A DNA stretch of 64,000 bases, taken from assembly GCA_030038415.1 (NCBI GenBank), contig JASHOX010000144.1, forward strand, positions 5,325-69,324, given 5' to 3'. The translations under genes were made by a program, and so were the position numbers. Below are positions 35,947-45,091 of this stretch, piece after piece. This DNA comes from Xanthobacteraceae bacterium. GTDB taxonomy: Bacteria > Pseudomonadota > Alphaproteobacteria > Rhizobiales > Xanthobacteraceae. Position 1 is the stretch's first letter. Each line of letters begins with the position of its first letter. The notes beneath the pieces were generated by a model that saw only the letters and a list, made by a program, of their open reading frames with translations, made no database searches and was not told where the DNA came from.

Positions 35947-35979
35947 ATTGCGGATTGCCGTGAAATGGCAATCCGCAAT
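35947..35979. repeat. Perfect 13-bp stem / 7-nt loop hairpin between the binding-protein gene and the permease genes
   Basis: ATTGCGGATTGCC (35947-35959), loop GTGAAAT, then GGCAATCCGCAAT (35967-35979). No U-tract follows on the transcribed (minus) strand. Confidence 0.8.
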
Positions 35980-36047
35980 CCACATTCGCCATCCTCGTCG
36001 TAGTCGCCGATCCGCGGTTATGGATCCCGGGTTCGCAGGGGCCGCCT

Positions 36048-37235
36048 TCACTTGATGGTCCCGGCCTTGATCGGATCCTTGACGTTCGGGATGGTGGCGA
36101 ATTCGACGTTGTAGAGCTGGCCGTTCTTCTTCTCGACCTTGCGGATATAGACGTTCTGGATGATGTCGCGCGTCTCCGCATCGATCGAGATCGGACCGCG
36201 CGGGCTCTCCCAGGCCATGCCCTTCATGGCGGCGATGAGCGAATCGCCGTCGGTCTTGCCGCCGGTCTTCTCCAGCGCCGCGTACATCAAATGCATGCCG
36301 TCATAGGCGCCGACCGCCATGAAATTCGGCCGCATACCGTTATTGGCTTTCTCGAACGCGGCGACGAAGGCTTTGTTGGCCGGCGAATTGTGATCGGCCG
36401 AATAGATATGCGCGGTGATGGTGCCGAGGATCGGGTCGCCCATGTTGTTGAGCAGATCATCGTCGGTGACGTCGCCGGGGCCGATGATCTTAATGCCGGC
36501 CTTGTCGAGGCCCTTCTCTACGAATTGCTTGACGAAGGTGCCGCCTTGCCCGGACGGAACGAACACGAAGATCGCATCGGGCTTGTCGTCGGCGGCACGC
36601 TGCAGGAACGGCGCGAAGTCCGGATTGGCCAAGGGGAAGGTGATATGGTCCGGAATCTGGCCGCCCTTGGCGGTGAATTCCTTGGCGAAGGAATCTTCGG
36701 CGTCGTGGCCCGGAGCGTAATCGGACACCATGGTGACGACTTTCTTGATGCCGTTCTGCGCCGCCCAGTCGGCCATCGGCACCGACGATTGCGCCAGCGT
36801 GAAGCTGGTGCGCGCGATGTAAGGCGACTTCTCGGTGATGATCGACGTGCCGGCCGCGGTGACGATCTCCGGCGTCTTGGCTTGCGTCGCCAGCGGGGCG
36901 ACCGCGAGCGCCGCCGGCGTGATGCCGAAGCCGGCGAGGAAATTCACCTTCTCGTTGACGAGCAGGTCCTGCGCGATGCGCTTGGTGTTGTCGGGCACGG
37001 CGGCATCGTCGCGAATGATGAGCTCGACTTTCTTGCCGGCCACCGTGTCGCCGTGCTGTGCCATCCACAACTTGGCGGCCGCCGCCTCCTGCTTGCCGGT
37101 CGATTGCTGCTGGCCGGTCATCGGCAGAATGAAGCCGATCTTGACGTCCTGGGCGCGGGCGCCGCCCACTGTGGCGAACATCGCGGCGGCGCCTGCCGCG
37201 GCCAATAAGTATCTGCGTTTATTGCCCAATTTCAT
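36048..37235 (-). CDS. LivK-type periplasmic substrate-binding protein of the ABC transporter
   Basis: Signal peptide MKLGNKRRYLLAAAGAAAMFATVGGARAQ, then DVKIGFILPMTGQQQSTGKQ, the type I SBP pattern. The start was fixed at Met-251 of the 645-aa ORF, whose N-terminal part is antisense to the neighbouring gene. Confidence 0.85.
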   Translation of the reverse strand: MKLGNKRRYLLAAAGAAAMFATVGGARAQDVKIGFILPMTGQQQSTGKQEAAAAKLWMAQHGDTVAGKKVELIIRDDAAVPDNTKRIAQDLLVNEKVNFLAGFGITPAALAVAPLATQAKTPEIVTAAGTSIITEKSPYIARTSFTLAQSSVPMADWAAQNGIKKVVTMVSDYAPGHDAEDSFAKEFTAKGGQIPDHITFPLANPDFAPFLQRAADDKPDAIFVFVPSGQGGTFVKQFVEKGLDKAGIKIIGPGDVTDDDLLNNMGDPILGTITAHIYSADHNSPANKAFVAAFEKANNGMRPNFMAVGAYDGMHLMYAALEKTGGKTDGDSLIAAMKGMAWESPRGPISIDAETRDIIQNVYIRKVEKKNGQLYNVEFATIPNVKDPIKAGTIK

Positions 37236-37406
37236 GGGGTTTCTCCCTGATCCGGCTTGAATGGATCGCATACCAACATTCCCGCTCGCCGTTGTCCAGT
37301 TCCGCAGTGTCACGCAGCTGAATTCGCCCCGGCCATTGTCGCGGTTTCCCGTAATTGTGCTAGCATCCGTGAAAAAATAGAGCGGATTTGTTTTGCGGAG
37401 GCGCGG

Positions 37407-38405
37407 ATGGCAAAGATCGTTCTTGGGCTCGGCAGCTCCCACACGCCGATGCTGCTCGCCTCCGATGAAACGCTGCCGCGTTTCGCAGAGACCGACCAGA
37501 AGATCAAGCACCGCGACAAGGAAGGCCGGCCCGCGACCTATGCCGAGCTTCTGGAAAAGGCCGACCCCAAGATGGCGGCGATGGTTGTGCCCGCCGAGCT
37601 GGTGGCGCGGCAAAACACGGTGCGGGCGGCGATGGCGCATATCAGCGACACGCTCAACAGCGCCCAACTCGATACGCTGATCGTCATGAGCGACGATCAG
37701 GACGAAGCCTATCTGGAAGACGCCCGGCCGGCCTTCGCGATCTATTACGGCGAGACCATCCTCAATAGCAACGAGCAGCACGAGCAGTACCGCCAGCGTT
37801 TTCCGGAATGGTACGTCAAGAACCGGCAGGGCTTTTTCGAGGATGACGCCCCGCGCGCTTATCCGGTCGACGCCAAGCTCGCGCTGCATCTGATCGACTG
37901 GCTGATGGAGCACGGCTTCGATCCGGCGGCGTCGAAATGCATGCGCAAGGGCGAAGGCGAAGGCCACGGCATGGCCTATGTGCATCGCCGCCTGATGGAC
38001 GAGAAGAACCCGATTCCGATCGTGCCGGTGTTCCTCAACACCTATTTTCCGCCGAACCAGCCGCGGCCGCGGCGCTGCTACGCGTTCGGCGAGGCCATTC
38101 GCCAGGCGGTGGAAATTTTTCCCGGCGACGCCCGCATCGGCATCATTGCGTCGGGGGGCTTAAGTCATTTTCTGGTCGACGAGGATTTCGACCGCGCTAT
38201 CCTCAAGGCCTGCGCCGACAAGGATGCCGGGTTTTTGCAAAATCTGCCGCGTAACAAATTGCATGCCGGCAGCTCGGAAATTCTCAATTGGGTCGGAGTC
38301 GCCGGCGCTTGCGAGCATCTCGACCTGAACTGGTTCGAATACGTCCCCGGCTATCGCACGCCGGCCGGCACTGGCACCGGTCTGAGTTTTGCCAGCTGGG
38401 CGTAA
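37407..38405 (+). CDS. Class III extradiol ring-cleavage dioxygenase, LigB family (no adjacent alpha subunit)
   Basis: MAKIVLGLGSSHTPML at the N-terminus parallels the LigB start [16 protein letters not shown] at 41006. GIIASGGLSHFLVDEDFD parallels [15 protein letters not shown] of LigB. Confidence 0.75.
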   Translation: MAKIVLGLGSSHTPMLLASDETLPRFAETDQKIKHRDKEGRPATYAELLEKADPKMAAMVVPAELVARQNTVRAAMAHISDTLNSAQLDTLIVMSDDQDEAYLEDARPAFAIYYGETILNSNEQHEQYRQRFPEWYVKNRQGFFEDDAPRAYPVDAKLALHLIDWLMEHGFDPAASKCMRKGEGEGHGMAYVHRRLMDEKNPIPIVPVFLNTYFPPNQPRPRRCYAFGEAIRQAVEIFPGDARIGIIASGGLSHFLVDEDFDRAILKACADKDAGFLQNLPRNKLHAGSSEILNWVGVAGACEHLDLNWFEYVPGYRTPAGTGTGLSFASWA

Positions 38406-38442
38406 TTCGAGCTTCCTTCCTCTTGTGGGGAAGGGATTTTGC

Positions 38443-38973
38443 TCAATGTGAGTCCGTATATTTCACCCACCACGCCACTTCGAAGCTGAAGCCGTATTGC
38501 GCGTCGGCAAAGGATATCGCCGCCGGGAGCCGACCGTGGACGCCCTCCACCGCGGCCTTCAGGGCGAAGTCCTTGTCGACCCAATAGACGTCGAGCTTGT
38601 TCTTGTAGAAGTGCGCTTCGAGATAGCCTTTGCCGTCCGGCAGCGCGTAGATCTGATGCACCTCGCCGCCTTCGCCCTCGGCGGCGAAAGCGCGACAGGT
38701 GATGGTCTGATCGTCCTTGGTCAAGCCCAGGATCTCGGTGATGATCGGGGTGACCGCGATCTCCCTGCCCTGATCGGCGATCCAGCCGTCGATCTTCTTA
38801 AGTTGGGCGGCGGACAGCGTCAGTGTCGGCGCCACGGGCGCTTGCACCGCGCCAGGCGGAGTTTGCACGGCCGCGGGGGGTGCTTGCGCGAAGCCCCTCT
38901 CGGCCGCGATTACGGCAGCGACCATCGCGGCAATGAGGCTGAACAAGATACGCGGGCGCTGACCGTGTTTCAT
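38443..38973 (-). CDS. Secreted hypothetical protein
   Basis: Signal peptide (ILFSLIAAMVAAVIAAERGFAQA) and a Pro/Ala/Val-rich linker. I recognise no family. Starts 30 nt after the ligC stop on the same strand. Confidence 0.5.
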   Translation of the reverse strand: MKHGQRPRILFSLIAAMVAAVIAAERGFAQAPPAAVQTPPGAVQAPVAPTLTLSAAQLKKIDGWIADQGREIAVTPIITEILGLTKDDQTITCRAFAAEGEGGEVHQIYALPDGKGYLEAHFYKNKLDVYWVDKDFALKAAVEGVHGRLPAAISFADAQYGFSFEVAWWVKYTDSH

Positions 38974-39002
38974 TTCGGGTTCCGCGGCGCGATGAGAGAA
39001 AC

Positions 39003-39959
39003 TTATGCGTGCGCCTTGCGCTGCGGGTCGATGATTTTTTCCAGTCTGCCGAGCACGTGCATGCACGGCAACAGCTGAGCGAGGCTGGCGTTCGGCTCGC
39101 GCTTTTCCTTGATGGCGGCGATGAATTCGCGGTCCTCGAGCTCGATGCCGTCCATCGACACGTCGACTTTGGAAACGTCGATCTTGTTGTCCTTGCCGTC
39201 GGAAAGATCGTCGTAGAACGCCTTGTAGGTGCCGTTGTCGCAGATATAGCGGAAGAACGAGCCGAGCGGACCGTCATTGTTGAACGACAGCGACAGCGTC
39301 AGGATCGCGCCGGACGGCGTCTTGGCGACGATGCCCATGTCCATCGCGATATTGAGCTGCGGATGGATCGGGCCCTGCACCGCGTAGCAATCGGAAATCG
39401 TCTCGCCGGCCTGGTACTGGAATAGATCGATGGTATGGGCGGCGTGATGCCAGAGCAGATGATCGGTCCAGCTGCGCGGATTGCCGGCGGCATTGATGTT
39501 TTTGCGCCGGAAGAAATAGGTCTGCACGTCCATCTGCTGGATTTTAAGCTCGCCCTTCTGGATGCGCTTGTGCACCCATTGATGGCTGGGATTGAAGCGG
39601 CGCACGTGGCCGCCCATGGCGGTGACGCCGGTTTCCTTGGCGATCCTGACCAGCGCCTCGGCATCCTCGACCGAGTCGGTGACCGGAATCTCGACCAGCA
39701 CGTGCTTGCCGGCGCGCATCACCTGCTCGCCCTGGCGGAAATGCATCTTGGTCGGCGTGGTGAGAATCACAGCGTCGGCGCGCTTGATGCCCTCGGACAG
39801 CTCGCCGGTGAAATGCGGAATGCCGTATTTCTTGGCGACCTGCGCGGTGGAGTCCTGGTTGCCGCCGACCAGCGACGTCACTTCGACGTCGGGAATTCGC
39901 TTCAACGCATCGAGATGTTTTTGCCCGAACGCACCCTGCCCCGCGACACAAATTTTCAT
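39003..39959 (-). CDS. ligC: 4-carboxy-2-hydroxymuconate-6-semialdehyde dehydrogenase (Gfo/Idh/MocA family)
   Basis: MKICVAGQGAFGQKHLDALK...GHVRRFNPSHQWVHKRIQKGELKIQQMDVQTYFFRRKNINAAGNPRSWTDHLLWHHAAHTIDLFQYQ closely follows the Sphingobium LigC sequence as I remember it. Lies next to ligAB. Confidence 0.8.
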   Translation of the reverse strand: MKICVAGQGAFGQKHLDALKRIPDVEVTSLVGGNQDSTAQVAKKYGIPHFTGELSEGIKRADAVILTTPTKMHFRQGEQVMRAGKHVLVEIPVTDSVEDAEALVRIAKETGVTAMGGHVRRFNPSHQWVHKRIQKGELKIQQMDVQTYFFRRKNINAAGNPRSWTDHLLWHHAAHTIDLFQYQAGETISDCYAVQGPIHPQLNIAMDMGIVAKTPSGAILTLSLSFNNDGPLGSFFRYICDNGTYKAFYDDLSDGKDNKIDVSKVDVSMDGIELEDREFIAAIKEKREPNASLAQLLPCMHVLGRLEKIIDPQRKAHA

Positions 39960-39988
39960 TGTTGACCTCTTACTCTATCTTTCAACGT

Positions 39989-40075
39989 CGTCATGGCCGG
40001 GCTTGTCCCGGCCCTCCACGTCTTGGTCCATGAATCCGCAAGACGTGGATGCCCGGCACAAGGCCGGACATGACG
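39989..40075. repeat. REP-type nested palindromic intergenic element
   Basis: The outer arms CGTCATGGCCGGGCTTGTCCCGGCC and GCCCGGCACAAGGCCGGACATGACG are imperfect complements. The inner stem CCACGTCTTG (40016-40025) / CAAGACGTGG (40039-40048) is perfect. This sequence family is common in Bradyrhizobiaceae intergenic regions. Confidence 0.8.
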
Positions 40076-40079
40076 GGAA

Positions 40080-41526
<1,447 letters not shown>

Positions 41527-41619
41527 CGCTCTCTCCGTTCGGGCACAGCTCCCGTTTATCTTTGACATATATAGCGCAGCCGTCATTGGCAACATAAGCC
41601 ATGCGCCGGATGCTTAAAC

Positions 41620-42000
41620 CTAATGAGGCGGGGTCGTTCCCAACAATTGCAATTCGTAGTCCCGGGCGGTTGCGGTCTTGCCGTCGAAGCCGCGAACGCC
41701 GAACACTTTTATACCTTTTCCAATCTCGGCCTGGACGACGATCACCGGCACCGGCTTCTCGCCGCGTTTGGTGAAATAAGCGTATTGCGGAATGGCAATA
41801 TTCATCGGCTTGCCGAAATAGATGCCGTAGGCCCTCAGCACGAAGACGGCATTGCCGGCGGTAATGTCATCATCAGTCGCGGGCCGGCCGGAAATAAAGC
41901 CCTTGGCCGGCAAGGGCGGCCAATTGAGCGGCGCGGTCTGCGCCGCGGCACCTGCGGCCACGCCCAGAGCCAACAAAAAAGCTGCAAGCCGCGCCAACAT
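41620..42000 (-). CDS. Secreted hypothetical protein
   Basis: 126 aa. Signal peptide MLARLAAFLLALGVAAGAAAQ. I recognise no family. Lies between ligI and ligA on the same strand. Confidence 0.5.
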   Translation of the reverse strand: MLARLAAFLLALGVAAGAAAQTAPLNWPPLPAKGFISGRPATDDDITAGNAVFVLRAYGIYFGKPMNIAIPQYAYFTKRGEKPVPVIVVQAEIGKGIKVFGVRGFDGKTATARDYELQLLGTTPPH

Positions 42001-42010
42001 TGGAATTGGT

Positions 42011-42886
42011 CTAGCTCCAATAAAGCCGCATCGGATTGTCGACCAGGAGCTTCTGTTGCAGCGCCGCTGTGGGCGCGATCTTCGGAATAAAGTCGACCAG
42101 CACGCCGTCGTCCGGCGCCGCCTTCGGCATGTTGGGATGCGGCCAGTCGGTGCCCCAGATCACGCGGTCGGGAAAACGCTCGACGATGGCGCGGGCAAAC
42201 GGGGCGACGTCGTCGTAGGGCGGCCCCGCCACCGTGAAGCGTTCCGGGCATGTCACTTTTGTGATCCAGGTCTTGTTGGCATCGAGGGCTTTCAGCCAGT
42301 CCTGGAAGTGCTTGCCGTCGACGCCCTCGCGCACATTGGGGCAGGCCATGTGGTCGAACACCAGCGTGGTCGGCAGCGATTTGAGGAACGGGCCCATCTC
42401 CTCGAGATCGGCATGCTCGAAATAGATGACGATGTGCCAGCCGAGCTTGGCGATGCGCGCGGCGATGCGCTGCATCACGTCCTTCGGCGTCGAGTCGACC
42501 AGCCGCTTGATGAAGTTGAAACGCACGCCCTTCACGCCGGCCTTGTCGAGCTCTTTCAGCTCCGCGTCGGTCACTTCCTCGCCAACGAAGGCGATACCTT
42601 TGGCCTTGCCGTTCGAGCTTACGAGCGCATCGACCAGCGCGCGATTATCGGTATCGTGGCACGTCGCTTGGACTATGACATTCTTATCGAAGCCGAGAAA
42701 GTCGCGCAGCGCGAACAGCTTTTCCTTGGGCGCATCGCAAGGGGTGTATTTGCGCTTCGGCGCGAACGGAAACACCGCCTCCGGCCCGAACACGTGACAA
42801 TGCGAATCGACCGCGCCCGGCGGCGGCTTGAACTTCGGCTGCGACGGATTGGGATGGAAGGGGATGTAACCCGGCGACATCGGCAC
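42011..42886 (-). CDS. ligI: 2-pyrone-4,6-dicarboxylate hydrolase (amidohydrolase superfamily)
   Basis: KPPPGAVDSHCHVFGP...FALRDFLGFDKNVIVQATCHDTDN...GVRFNFIKRLVD...VIWGTDWPHPNM...QQKLLVDNPMRLYW parallels LigI of Sphingobium as I remember it. Confidence 0.85.
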   Translation of the reverse strand: MPMSPGYIPFHPNPSQPKFKPPPGAVDSHCHVFGPEAVFPFAPKRKYTPCDAPKEKLFALRDFLGFDKNVIVQATCHDTDNRALVDALVSSNGKAKGIAFVGEEVTDAELKELDKAGVKGVRFNFIKRLVDSTPKDVMQRIAARIAKLGWHIVIYFEHADLEEMGPFLKSLPTTLVFDHMACPNVREGVDGKHFQDWLKALDANKTWITKVTCPERFTVAGPPYDDVAPFARAIVERFPDRVIWGTDWPHPNMPKAAPDDGVLVDFIPKIAPTAALQQKLLVDNPMRLYWS

Positions 42887-42904
42887 GCGGAACTTCTCCT
42901 TATT

Positions 42905-44110
42905 TCACAGCTTCTCCAGCGCCAGCGAGACGCCCTGACCGACGCCGACGCACATCGTCGCTAGCGCGCGCTTGCCGCCGCGCTTTTCCAGCCCGTGCAC
43001 CGCAGTCAGCGTCAAGCGCGCGCCGGACATGCCGAGCGGATGGCCGAGCGCGATGGCGCCGCCGTGCGGATTGACGTGCTCGGCGTCATCCGCAACGCCA
43101 AGCTGGCGCAGGCAGGCAAGACCTTGCGAGGCAAAGGCCTCGTTGATCTCGACCAGATCGAAATCGGAAATCTTCAGGCCGAGGCGTTCCATCAGTTTTT
43201 TGGTCGACGGCACTGGGCCGATGCCCATGATGCGCGGCGGCACCGCCGCCGACGCCATGCCGAGCACGCGGGCGCGCGGCGTCAGGCCGTGTGCTTTCGC
43301 GGCGTGCTCGCTCGCAAGAATGATGGCGGCGGCGCCGTCGTTGATGCCCGAGGCGTTGCCGGCGGTGATGGTGCCAGGATCGCGCACGATCGGCTTGAGC
43401 TTCGCCAAATTGTCCAGCGTGGTCTCCGGCCGCGGATGTTCGTCCTTGTCGACCGTGATGGGGCCTGATTTGCCGCCGGGCGCAGCGACCGGCACGATCT
43501 CTTCGGCGAAATAGCCCGACGCATTGGCCTTGGCGGCGCGCTGTTGCGAGCGCAGCGCGAACGCGTCCTGATCGGCGCGGGTGACCTGGAACTCCTCGGC
43601 GACGTTCTCGCCGGTCTCAGCCATCGAGTCGACACCGTATTGGGCCTTCATCAGCGGATTGATAAAGCGCCAGCCGAGCGTGGTGTCGTAAACTTCCGCC
43701 GCGCGCGAGAACGCTTCTGCGGCCTTGCCCATGACGAAGGGCGCGCGCGTCATCGATTCGACGCCGCCGGCGATGGCGAAGTCCATCTCGCCGCAGCGGA
43801 TGGCGCGGGCGGCGTCGCCGACCGCATTGAGCCCGGAGGCGCATAGCCGGTTGACGGTAATGCCGGGGATCGAATCGGGAAGGCCGGCCAGCAGCAGCGC
43901 CATGCGCGCGACATTGCGGTTGTCCTCGCCGGACTGATTGGCGCAGCCGAAGAACACTTCATCGAGCCGGGACCAGTCGGCTTTGGCGTTGCGCGCGACC
44001 AAAGCCTTGATCGGCACCGCGGCGAGGTCGTCGGTTCGCACCTTGGCCAGCGCGCCGCCGTAACGGCCGATCGCGGTCCGCGCGGCATCGCAAATAAAAA
44101 CGTCCCGCAT
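42905..44110 (-). CDS. Acetyl-CoA C-acyltransferase (3-oxoadipyl-CoA thiolase PcaF/PaaJ-like)
   Basis: MRDVFICDAARTAIGRYGGAL..., active-site region NRLCASGLNAV, and C-terminal NPHGGAIALGHPLGMSGARL...MCVGVGQG. The ORF also has an upstream GTG at 44125. Confidence 0.85.
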   Translation of the reverse strand: MRDVFICDAARTAIGRYGGALAKVRTDDLAAVPIKALVARNAKADWSRLDEVFFGCANQSGEDNRNVARMALLLAGLPDSIPGITVNRLCASGLNAVGDAARAIRCGEMDFAIAGGVESMTRAPFVMGKAAEAFSRAAEVYDTTLGWRFINPLMKAQYGVDSMAETGENVAEEFQVTRADQDAFALRSQQRAAKANASGYFAEEIVPVAAPGGKSGPITVDKDEHPRPETTLDNLAKLKPIVRDPGTITAGNASGINDGAAAIILASEHAAKAHGLTPRARVLGMASAAVPPRIMGIGPVPSTKKLMERLGLKISDFDLVEINEAFASQGLACLRQLGVADDAEHVNPHGGAIALGHPLGMSGARLTLTAVHGLEKRGGKRALATMCVGVGQGVSLALEKL

Positions 44111-44123
44111 GGGCTTCTTCTCC

Positions 44124-44212
44124 ACCGCTCATCCCCGCGATGGCGGGGATTCAGATACGGTTTTTCGACCCTTAAATGATCCGCCTGGATTCCCGCTTGC
44201 GCGGGAATGAGC
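44124..44212. repeat. MITE-like pair of inverted 30-bp hairpin units (REP family)
   Basis: The unit CCGCTCATCCCCGCGATGGCGGGGATTCAG (44124-44153) is matched by the reverse complement of CTGGATTCCCGCTTGCGCGGGAATGAGCGG (44183-44212). Each unit is itself an 8-bp hairpin. The two are separated by a 29-bp spacer. Confidence 0.8.
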
Positions 44213-44256
44213 GGCCCGATGCCGGGCTATTTACGGGCCGCGGCGGAACGGGTCAA

Positions 44257-45078
44257 ATGGCGCCAATGACGACCTCGCCATCCGAATTTGCCAACCTGTT
44301 TGCCGACCTGCCGCCGACCCTGAAGGCGGAGCGGCATGGCGCGGTCGCCGTGTTGCGGCTCAATCGCCCGGCCAAACGCAACGCGCTCAATGACGCGATG
44401 GTGAGCGGCGTCGGCGCCTTCTTCGGCGCGCTGCCTGACGATATCCGCGCCGTCGTGCTCGCCGGCGAGGGCGAGCATTTTTCCGCCGGGCTCGATCTGA
44501 CCGAGCTCACCGAGCGCGACATCTTTGCCGGCATCGAGCATTCGCGGACCTGGCATCGGGCTTTCGAAGCCGTCGAGTTTGGCAAAGTGCCGGTGGTCGC
44601 CGTGCTGCATGGCGCGGTGGTGGGCGGCGGCCTCGAAATCGCCGCCGCGGCGCATATCCGGGTGGCGGAACGCTCAGCCTTCTATGCTTTGCCGGAAACC
44701 AGCCGCGGCATTTTTGTCGGCGGCGGCGGCTCGGTGCGGCTGCCGCCCCTGATCGGCACCGCGCGCATGATGGACATGATGCTGACCGGCCGCACGCTGT
44801 CCGCCGAGGAGGGTCAGCTGATCGGGCTCACGCAATACCTGGTCGGCGAAGGCGAAGGTCTCGCCGAAGCCATGGAGCTGGCACACCGCATCGCCGGCAA
44901 TGCGCCGTTCACGAATTTTGCCGTCATGCACATGCTGCCGCGCATCGCCCGCAGCGACCCAGCCACCGGTTTCGCCACCGAGGCGCTGACATCGGCGATC
45001 GCGCAGGGCGAGCCCGAGGCGAAAGCCCGCCTCAAGGCGTTTCTGGAAAAACGCGCGCCGAAAGTGACGCGAGGCTGA
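44257..45078 (+). CDS. Enoyl-CoA hydratase/isomerase (crotonase) family protein
   Basis: VAVLRLNRPAKRNALNDAM...LAGEGEHFSAGLDL...AVLHGAVVGGGLEIA is the crotonase fold pattern. The start is placed at an internal ATG because the first 27 codons of the ORF translate the REP element. Confidence 0.85.
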   Translation: MAPMTTSPSEFANLFADLPPTLKAERHGAVAVLRLNRPAKRNALNDAMVSGVGAFFGALPDDIRAVVLAGEGEHFSAGLDLTELTERDIFAGIEHSRTWHRAFEAVEFGKVPVVAVLHGAVVGGGLEIAAAAHIRVAERSAFYALPETSRGIFVGGGGSVRLPPLIGTARMMDMMLTGRTLSAEEGQLIGLTQYLVGEGEGLAEAMELAHRIAGNAPFTNFAVMHMLPRIARSDPATGFATEALTSAIAQGEPEAKARLKAFLEKRAPKVTRG

Positions 45079-45091
45079 CATCGGAACCGCG

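Noticed and set aside
34517-36055. 512-aa plus-strand ORF
   Set aside because: Antisense to the LivM/LivH-like permease genes. Asp/Glu/Arg/His-rich with no motifs.
37236-37985. N-terminal 250 codons of the 645-aa ORF 36048..37985
   Set aside because: This part is antisense to the LigB-family gene (37407..38405). The binding protein has an obvious signal peptide starting at Met-251, so the gene was trimmed to 36048..37235.
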